From: Burkholderiales bacterium
GTDB lineage: Bacteria > Pseudomonadota > Gammaproteobacteria > Burkholderiales > SG8-39
DNA: 50,708 bases
Direction of reading: 5' to 3'
NCBI GenBank assembly: GCA_036006885.1
Contig: DASYPG010000162.1
Location: 1 to 50,708 of the forward strand
Part shown: positions 28,408 to 35,373 of the stretch, piece after piece
Numbering within the stretch: position 1 is the first letter of the stretch
Layout: every line of letters starts with the position of its first letter
Position numbers and translations under genes: made by a program
Notes under the pieces: generated by a model
Seen by the model: only the letters and a program-made list of their open reading frames with translations
Databases searched by the model: none
Told to the model about the DNA's origin: nothing

Positions 28408-29740
28408 GATCGGCGACCTGAGAAGCTTCCTCGAGGCGGCGCGCAGGGCCGGCGAGGTTCACGAGATCCGCCGCGAGGTCGATCCGGTGCGCGAGCTCGG
28501 CCGGGTCCTCGCCGCCTGCGAGCGCGCCGGAAAGGCGGCGTACTTCCATGCAGTCAAGGGCTTCGACATCCCCGTGGTCGGCAGCCTGCTCAGCTCGCCG
28601 AAGCGCATCGCGTTGGCTCTGGGATGCGAAGTCGCGCAGATCGGCGAGCGCATGGCCGCTGCCACGGAAAAGCCGATCGCACCCGTCCTTCATCCAGGGA
28701 GGGCGCCGTGCCAGGAGGTCGTGGTGAAGAAACCCGATCTCACCAAATGGCCGATTCCGACCCATTCGCCCCTCGACGCCGGTCCCTTCATTACCGCAGG
28801 AGTGGTGATCGCGCGCGACCCGGAGAGCGGGCGCCACAACCTCTCGTACAACCGCATGCAGATCTACGGCCCGGATCGCGCCGGAGTCAGCATGAACATC
28901 TGGCGCCACATCAAGGCGTTCTTCGACAAAAGGGAACCGCGTGGGGAGAACCTCCCCTTCGCCGTGGCGCTGGGTCCAGATCCGGTGGTGATGATGGCGG
29001 CGGCGTTCCGCTACGACGGCGACGAGTACGAGGTCGCGGGCAGCCTGCGCGGCGCTCCGATCCCGGTGGTAAAGGCGCTCACTTGCGATCTCCTCGTCCC
29101 TGCTTTCTCGGAAATTATCCTGGAAGGCGAGGTGCTCGCCGGCGAGCGGCAGATGGAAGGCCCGATGGCCGAGTTCACCGGCCACTACTCCGGGGCCGAT
29201 CCCAAGCACGTGGCGAAGATCACAGCGATCACGCACCGTGCGAAGCCGATCTTCCAGACCATGAACGGCGGCGGCTACGAGCACGTGAGCCTCGGCAACA
29301 TGATCACGCGCGAGCCGCTGCTCGCGCGCTTCGTGCGCCACATCAGCCCGCGCGTGAGCGCGGTGCACCTGCCGCCCTATGCCGCGGGCTTCACCGCGAT
29401 CGTGGCGCTCAACGATCCCCAGCCCGGCGAGGCGCGCAACGTCGCCATCGCCGCGATGGCGGCGCACGTCAACTTCAAGACCGTGATCGTGGTCGACAGC
29501 GACGTCGACATCTTCGACCCCGCCGACGTGATGTGGGCGCTCGCCACGCGCGTGCGCTGGCACCAGGACGTGGTCCCCATCCCCGGCGCGCACGGCAACG
29601 AGCTCGATCCCAGCACCGAGGAGCACGGCGTCGCCTCCAAGGCGATCATCGATGCGACGCTGCCGCCGGAGAAGCATAAGCGCTACGTCAAGGTGGCGTA
29701 CCCGCCCGTCGACCTGGAACGCTACCTGAAGGGAAATTGA
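28394..29740 (+). CDS. UbiD-family (prFMN-dependent) decarboxylase, paralog 1 (about 446-448 aa)
   Basis: DLRSFLEAARRAGEV N-terminus, HNLSYNRMQ and EGPMAEFTGHYS. It overlaps the permease 3' end. The start is ATG 28394 or GTG 28400. Confidence 0.85.
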   Translation: MRVPEIGDLRSFLEAARRAGEVHEIRREVDPVRELGRVLAACERAGKAAYFHAVKGFDIPVVGSLLSSPKRIALALGCEVAQIGERMAAATEKPIAPVLHPGRAPCQEVVVKKPDLTKWPIPTHSPLDAGPFITAGVVIARDPESGRHNLSYNRMQIYGPDRAGVSMNIWRHIKAFFDKREPRGENLPFAVALGPDPVVMMAAAFRYDGDEYEVAGSLRGAPIPVVKALTCDLLVPAFSEIILEGEVLAGERQMEGPMAEFTGHYSGADPKHVAKITAITHRAKPIFQTMNGGGYEHVSLGNMITREPLLARFVRHISPRVSAVHLPPYAAGFTAIVALNDPQPGEARNVAIAAMAAHVNFKTVIVVDSDVDIFDPADVMWALATRVRWHQDVVPIPGAHGNELDPSTEEHGVASKAIIDATLPPEKHKRYVKVAYPPVDLERYLKGN

Positions 29741-29750
29741 GCCTGGATCG

Positions 29751-31154
29751 ATGCGCACGCTGATCGAGGACCTCGAGTTCGTCCTGACCGCCGACCGGGA
29801 CGAGCGGGTTCTGCGCAATGCCTCGGTCGTGATCGAGAACGACCGCATCGCGGACCTGGACTCCCGCGAGGAAATCGCCCGGCAGCATCCGAAGCGGTCT
29901 TTCGACAAGGTCATCGACGGCAGGCGCTACGGCATGACGCCCGGGTTCATCGATTCGCACGTGCATCTGGGCGAGACGCTGTCGCGCGCGGTGTTTCCGG
30001 ACCAGCTGCCGACGACGGACTGGGTGCTGAACTGGGCGAAGCCGTTTTACGCCCACACCGACGCGCGCGACGAGGTGGTCGGCTCGACGCTCGCAATGGC
30101 CGAGATGCTACGCTGCGGCACGACCTGCTTCCTCGACATGGGCGCGCACAACGACGTCGCCGGCGTGGTCGGCGCAATTGATCGCGTCGGCATGCGCGGC
30201 ATCACCGGGCGCCATGCCGCCGACGTGCGCCCAGCCGTGGCGCCGGAAGGCTGGACCGAGGAAATGCTCGCGCACCACTACTTTCCCGACTCCAGGACCG
30301 CTTTGCGAGAGCTCGAGCACGTAGTCAAGGACTTCAACGGCGCCGCGCGGGGACGCGTCCGCGCCTGGGTGAACATCGAGGGCAAGGAGCCGTCCTCCAG
30401 CCTGGAGCTGCACCTCGGAGCGCGTGCGCTCGCGGAAAAGCTCGGCGTCGGCACGACCTATCACCTCGCCACTTCCAGCGAAGAGGCCAGGGCCTGCGCG
30501 GAGAGATTCGAGACCACGCCGGTCAAGCGCGTCGCGCAGAACGGCGGCCTCGGCGCCAACCTCGTGATCGCGCACGCCGTCGCCGTGACGCCCGAGGAGA
30601 TCGAGCTCATGGCGCGCGCGGGGACCAAGGTGGCGTTCTGCCCCGCGGCTTCGATCAAGCTCGGCAAGGGCGCGACGCGCATCGGCCGGTATCCGGAGAT
30701 GCTCGAGGCCGGCATGCGGGTCGGCGTCGGCACCGACGGCGTTTCGGCGGGCGGCAACTTGAGCCTGATGCGCCAGATGTACCTGGTGGCCGGGATGTTC
30801 AAGGATGCGCGCATGGACTCCACCGTGCTCGGCGCCGCCAAGGCCTCGCGCATGGCGACCATCGAGGCGGCCGAGCTCCTCGGCTGGCAGGACGAAATCG
30901 GCTCGCTCGAGCCGGGCAAGAAGGCCGACTTCGTGCTGTTCGACCTCGACCACTTCGAATGGGTGCCCTACGGCGACCCGCTGCAGGCGCTGGTGTACTC
31001 GGCGAGCCCGGCGTCGATCGCGCAGACCTGGGTCGACGGCCGCGCGCTCTATCGAGACGGCTGGGTGCAAACGCTCGACGAGAAGAGCCTGCACGCCGAA
31101 GCACGCGAACGCGCCGTGGCCATCGTCAAGCGCGCCGGGCTGGCTCGAAAATAA
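29751..31154 (+). CDS. Amidohydrolase, TRZ/ATZ (chlorohydrolase/deaminase-like) subgroup (467 aa)
   Basis: HxH (PGFIDSHVHLGE), TTYHLATSSEE, IAHAV and GVGTDGVS. Confidence 0.8.
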   Translation: MRTLIEDLEFVLTADRDERVLRNASVVIENDRIADLDSREEIARQHPKRSFDKVIDGRRYGMTPGFIDSHVHLGETLSRAVFPDQLPTTDWVLNWAKPFYAHTDARDEVVGSTLAMAEMLRCGTTCFLDMGAHNDVAGVVGAIDRVGMRGITGRHAADVRPAVAPEGWTEEMLAHHYFPDSRTALRELEHVVKDFNGAARGRVRAWVNIEGKEPSSSLELHLGARALAEKLGVGTTYHLATSSEEARACAERFETTPVKRVAQNGGLGANLVIAHAVAVTPEEIELMARAGTKVAFCPAASIKLGKGATRIGRYPEMLEAGMRVGVGTDGVSAGGNLSLMRQMYLVAGMFKDARMDSTVLGAAKASRMATIEAAELLGWQDEIGSLEPGKKADFVLFDLDHFEWVPYGDPLQALVYSASPASIAQTWVDGRALYRDGWVQTLDEKSLHAEARERAVAIVKRAGLARK

Positions 31155-31287
31155 ATGGTGACTGTCGCCGTTTTTTAGTACAGTTTCGGCGTGAGTAGAA
31201 GCGGTCAGCCGGGCCGCCTCGGGTGACATGAGGTAACTGCGCTCGGTCGGAAATTGCTCACCCCCTTCCGTCCTGACCGGAGCATCA

Positions 31288-32142
31288 ATGATCATCGATT
31301 TGAGCTGCTATCCAACCCAGGTGGTCGACACCGCCTGGCGGCACGACGGCGATCCCTTCACGGGCGAGCGCCTGCTCAAGATGATGGACGGCCCGTACTA
31401 CGTGAACGGCAAGCCGCGCCGCATCGACAAGGCGTTCATCCAGCCGCCGCAGGGCAATACGCTGCACCACTTCACCAACGACCACCTCGACCATCGCGAG
31501 GGCATCCGCGCCTACATGGCCTACACGGTCGAGCTGGTGAAGAAGTATCCGGACCGCTTCATCGGCTGCTTCGTCTACAACCCGCGCTATGGGATCCGGG
31601 AAGGCGTCGAGGAGTTCGAGCGGCACGTGAAGGAATTCGGCTTCAAGATGCTGCAGCTCAACGCCAACATGCACGCGTACCGGCCGGATCGCGCCAAGGA
31701 CTGGGTGCGCCCCGTGCTGAGGAAGGCGGAAGAGCTCGGGATCCTGGTCAAGCTCCATACCGGCGACGGCCCGTACAGTATTCCCACCGAGTGGGTGCCG
31801 CTCATCAAGGAGTTCCCGAGGGTCGATTTCATCATGGCGCATTTCGGCGTGCAGACCGGCGGGGTGTATTGCTTCGAGGCGTTCCAGTGGGCGATGGAGC
31901 TCGCCAACGTCTACTGCGAGTCGGGATGGTGCCTGCAGTCGCGCATCGTCGAGTTCGCGAAGGACCTGCCCAAGCACAAGATCCTCTTCGGCTCGGACAC
32001 GCCGCCGAACGAGCCCGGCATGTGGATCCGGCTCCTCGAGGTGCTGTGCATGGAGCCGCCGCAGGGCATGAACCTCGACGAGGATACGCTCGAGGGCTAT
32101 CTCGGCAATAACACGGCCCGGATGATCGGTCTGAAAACATGA
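31288..32142 (+). CDS. PF04909-type (ACMSD/LigI-like, amidohydrolase-2) protein, copy A, N-terminal HxH motif degenerate (284 aa)
   Basis: GGAG RBS. The N-terminus reads MIIDLSCYP where copy B has MIIDTHLHP. The later ligand positions are kept (KLHTGDG, MAHFG, FGSDTP). Confidence 0.7.
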   Translation: MIIDLSCYPTQVVDTAWRHDGDPFTGERLLKMMDGPYYVNGKPRRIDKAFIQPPQGNTLHHFTNDHLDHREGIRAYMAYTVELVKKYPDRFIGCFVYNPRYGIREGVEEFERHVKEFGFKMLQLNANMHAYRPDRAKDWVRPVLRKAEELGILVKLHTGDGPYSIPTEWVPLIKEFPRVDFIMAHFGVQTGGVYCFEAFQWAMELANVYCESGWCLQSRIVEFAKDLPKHKILFGSDTPPNEPGMWIRLLEVLCMEPPQGMNLDEDTLEGYLGNNTARMIGLKT

Positions 32143-33056
32143 TTATCGACACGCACCTGCACCCCACGAACCTGGTCGACGAGGCCTGGCGCCATACCGG
32201 TACGCCGTTCAACGGCGAGCGCATGCTCAAGCTCATGGACGGCCCGTACATGATCAACGGCAAGCCGCGCCGCATCGACATGGGATTCATCCAGCCGCCG
32301 CCGGGCAACACCGTGCACCGCATCGGCGGCGGCACCGGCCGCCAGGGCATCCGCGACTACATGGCCTACTGCGCCGAGCTGACGCAGCGTTATCCCGACC
32401 GCTTCATCGGCGACTTCAACTTCAACCCGCGCTTCGGGCCCGAGGAAGGCGCGCTCGAGCTCGAGTTCCACGTCAAGGAGTACGGCTTCAAGATGCTGAA
32501 GCTGCACTCCAACATGCACAACTACCGCCCCGACCGCGCGCTCGACTGGCTGCGCCCGGCGATGAAGATGTGCGCGAAGTACAACGTGGTGGTGCTGATC
32601 CACACCGGCGACGGCCCCTACAGCATCCCGACCCAGTTCTACCCGGTGATCCGCGAGTTTCCGATGGTGAACTTCATCATCGGGCACTTCGGTATCCAGA
32701 CCGGGGGCAACTATTCGTTCGAGGCGTTCTGGATGGCGATGGACACACCGAACGTGGTGTGCGAGTCGGGCTGGACATTCCAGTCGCGCATCGTCGAGTT
32801 CGCGCGCGAGCTGCCGCGGCACAAGATTGTCTTCGGCACCGACTCGCCGCCGAACGAGCCAGGCATGTGGCTGCGCGAGCTCGAAGTGCTGTGCGGTCCG
32901 CCGCCGCAGGGGATGAACCTCGACGAGGACGGACTCGAGGACTACATGGGCAACAACATCGCCCGCCTGTGCGGCATCAGGACCACGCCGCCGCCGCGCA
33001 ACATGGACGAAGCCAAGGCGCGCCTCAAGGACAGCTACGCGGGAGTGCCAAAATAG
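32139..33056 (+). CDS. PF04909-type (ACMSD/LigI-like, amidohydrolase-2) protein, copy B, motifs intact (305 aa)
   Basis: ATGA overlap with copy A. Motifs IIDTHLHP, LIHTGDG, IGHFG and FGTDSP. Roughly 60% identical to copy A by eye. Confidence 0.75.
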   Translation: MIIDTHLHPTNLVDEAWRHTGTPFNGERMLKLMDGPYMINGKPRRIDMGFIQPPPGNTVHRIGGGTGRQGIRDYMAYCAELTQRYPDRFIGDFNFNPRFGPEEGALELEFHVKEYGFKMLKLHSNMHNYRPDRALDWLRPAMKMCAKYNVVVLIHTGDGPYSIPTQFYPVIREFPMVNFIIGHFGIQTGGNYSFEAFWMAMDTPNVVCESGWTFQSRIVEFARELPRHKIVFGTDSPPNEPGMWLRELEVLCGPPPQGMNLDEDGLEDYMGNNIARLCGIRTTPPPRNMDEAKARLKDSYAGVPK

Positions 33057-34396
33057 AGCAGGACTTCCATCGCTTCCTCGAGCGCTACCGCGCCGAGCAC
33101 GCCGACGACGTTCTGGTCCTGGATGACGAGGTGGCCGCCGACCAGGAAGTCACCGCGGTCCTGTGGACGCTCGCGGCGCAGGGACGCGATCCGATGCTCG
33201 TATTCGAGCGGGTCGGCGGCACCAAGGTCGTCACTGGCATTTTCTCCTCGCGCCAGCGCATTGCGCGCCTGCTCGGTACCGACGTTGCCAACCTCCATAA
33301 GACCTATCAGGAAAGGGCGCGCAAAGCGGTCGACCCGAAGGTCGTTTCCACTGGGCCGATCCTGGGTTCGGTGGAAGAAAAAGTCGATCTGACCAAGCTG
33401 CCGCTGCTGCGGCATTTCGAGACCGACAAGGCGCCCTACATCACCAACGGCATCGTCGTGTGCGAAGGATCAACCGCCTTCAGCGGAAACCTGAGCTACC
33501 ACCGCGCGATGCTGCACTCGAAGAGCGAGCTCGCCACGAGCCTGCATTCGCGCGGGCATCTCTGGCGCCTACTGGAGATGGCGCGGGAGCGGAAGAAGCC
33601 GCTGCCGGTAGCGATGGTGATCGGTGCGCATCCGCTTTTCATGCTGGCGGCCTCGGCCAGGGTGGGCTTCGGCGCCGACGAGCGGCGCATTGCCGGAGGG
33701 CTCTTGGGTTCTCCTCTCGAGGTCATCAAGACGCCGAAGTACCAGATTGCGGTGCCGGCGGCGGCGGAGTTCGTGCTCGAAGGGCTCATCGACCCCGATG
33801 CCAAGGTCGACGAGGGGCCGTTCGGCGAGTTCACCGGCTATTCCTCGAGCCGCACGACCAACAATCTGTTCCGCGTCGAAACGCTCATGCGCCGCAAGGA
33901 TGCGATCCTGGTCGACGTCGCGGGCGGCAACGCCGCCGAGCACCTGAATCTCTCCCGGGTGCCGCGCGAATCCGAGATGGCCGAGAAGCTGATGGAGCGC
34001 TTCCCGGGCGTCACGGCGCTGCACTATCCGAACTCGGGGGTGCACTTCCACGCCTATGTGGCGCTGCGCGCGCGCCGCGAGGGGGAGGCGCGGCAGGTGA
34101 TGCTGGGGCTGCTCGGCTGGGATCCCTATCTCAAGACCGTGATCGCGGTCGACGACGACATCGATCTCGCCGACGACTCGCAGGTCATGTGGGCGCTCGC
34201 GACGCATTTCCAGCCGCACCGCGACGTCGTGATCATCGACGGCCTTCCCGGCAACGCGCTCGACCCGTCGGCATCGAGCGTCGGCACCACCTCGCGCATG
34301 GGGCTCGACGCCACGCGCGGGCCAAATTTCGAAGGCGTGCGCGCGAGAGTGTCCGAGGCGGCGCTGGCCCGCGCCAGGAAGATCCTCAAGACCTAG
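33053..34396 (+). CDS. UbiD-family decarboxylase, paralog 2; 5' end unresolved (no canonical start; apparent -1 frame break at an A4 run)
   Basis: UbiD homology begins at IEQDFHRFLERY (33053 onward); EGPFGEFTGYSS is present. The only in-frame canonical start upstream is GTG 32969; the next one downstream would delete the conserved N-terminus. Confidence 0.7.
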   Translation: MEQDFHRFLERYRAEHADDVLVLDDEVAADQEVTAVLWTLAAQGRDPMLVFERVGGTKVVTGIFSSRQRIARLLGTDVANLHKTYQERARKAVDPKVVSTGPILGSVEEKVDLTKLPLLRHFETDKAPYITNGIVVCEGSTAFSGNLSYHRAMLHSKSELATSLHSRGHLWRLLEMARERKKPLPVAMVIGAHPLFMLAASARVGFGADERRIAGGLLGSPLEVIKTPKYQIAVPAAAEFVLEGLIDPDAKVDEGPFGEFTGYSSSRTTNNLFRVETLMRRKDAILVDVAGGNAAEHLNLSRVPRESEMAEKLMERFPGVTALHYPNSGVHFHAYVALRARREGEARQVMLGLLGWDPYLKTVIAVDDDIDLADDSQVMWALATHFQPHRDVVIIDGLPGNALDPSASSVGTTSRMGLDATRGPNFEGVRARVSEAALARARKILKT

Positions 34397-35373
34397 GTCA
34401 GGCAGCTTCGCAGGCCGCGGTCGAGCTCGCTCTTCTCCAGGTTGCGGCCGATGAACACGAGCTTGCTCACCGGCTCCTCCCGGCCCCACGCGTCGGCGGC
34501 ACGCAGGTCCGTGATGCGGTGGACGCCTTGCAGCACGTAGCGGCGCGGCTCGTCTCTGAAGGCGAGGATGCCTTTGAACCGGAAGATGTCGTCGCCCTTG
34601 TCCTCGACGAGTTTCCTGACGTAACCCTCGAGGCGCTCGCGGTCGAAGGGTTGCTCGAAGACGAAAGACTCCGACTCGAGCGAGGGGTCGTGCTGGTGCT
34701 CGTGGGCATCGAGGAAGTCCGGCGCGATCGCCATCGTCTGCGCGACGCTGAAGGCGCCGATGCCGAGAATCTCGTCGAGCCGCACCTTGGCATGGCTCGA
34801 GCGGAGGATCGGCGCGGTGGCGTTGAGCTGCCGCAATCGTTTCTCGACCCCCGGTAATTCCTTTTCCGGGAGCAAGTCGATCTTGTTCAGGATGATGCGG
34901 TCGGCGATCACGATCTGGTCGAGCGCCTGGTTGTCGTGGCGCTGCAGGCTCGGGTCGTCGAGGTGGCCGCCGATGTGCTTCGCGTCGACCAGCGTGACGA
35001 TGGCGTCGAGGCTCACCTGCCTCGCCACCTCGGTGTCGACGAAGAAGGTGGCCGCGACCGGCGTGGGATCGGCCAGGCCGCTCGTCTCGACCAGGATGTG
35101 GTCGAACTTCTCGCGCCGCTTCATCAGGTCCTGCAGGATGCGCAAGAGATCCGCGCGCGCAGAGCCGACGCAGCACACGCAGCCGTTGGTGAGCTCGAAG
35201 ATCTCCTCATCGGCCGACACGATCAGGTCCGAGTCGATGTTGATTTCGCCGAACTCGTTCTCGATCACCGCGATGCGGTGGCCGTGCTTCTGGGTAAGGA
35301 TGTAATTGAGCAGCGTGGTCTTTCCCGAGCCCAGAAAGCCGGTGAGGATGGTCACCGGAACTGCGGTTTGCAT
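34393..35373 (-). CDS. COG0523 / CobW-type G3E GTPase with His-rich insert (326 aa)
   Basis: ILTGFLGSGKTTLLN, GCVCC, VETSGLADP, LNKIDL and a His-rich stretch DAHEHQHD. The start overlaps the stop of the Mo subunit by 1 nt. Confidence 0.9.
   Translation of the reverse strand: MQTAVPVTILTGFLGSGKTTLLNYILTQKHGHRIAVIENEFGEINIDSDLIVSADEEIFELTNGCVCCVGSARADLLRILQDLMKRREKFDHILVETSGLADPTPVAATFFVDTEVARQVSLDAIVTLVDAKHIGGHLDDPSLQRHDNQALDQIVIADRIILNKIDLLPEKELPGVEKRLRQLNATAPILRSSHAKVRLDEILGIGAFSVAQTMAIAPDFLDAHEHQHDPSLESESFVFEQPFDRERLEGYVRKLVEDKGDDIFRFKGILAFRDEPRRYVLQGVHRITDLRAADAWGREEPVSKLVFIGRNLEKSELDRGLRSCLT

Noticed and set aside
31157-31176. A possible intrinsic terminator (GGTG..CGCC followed by TTTTTT) after the amidohydrolase gene at 29751-31154.
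   Set aside because: The stem is only about 4 bp including a G-U pair. That is too weak to call, so the 133-nt gap may simply hold an internal promoter or RBS.
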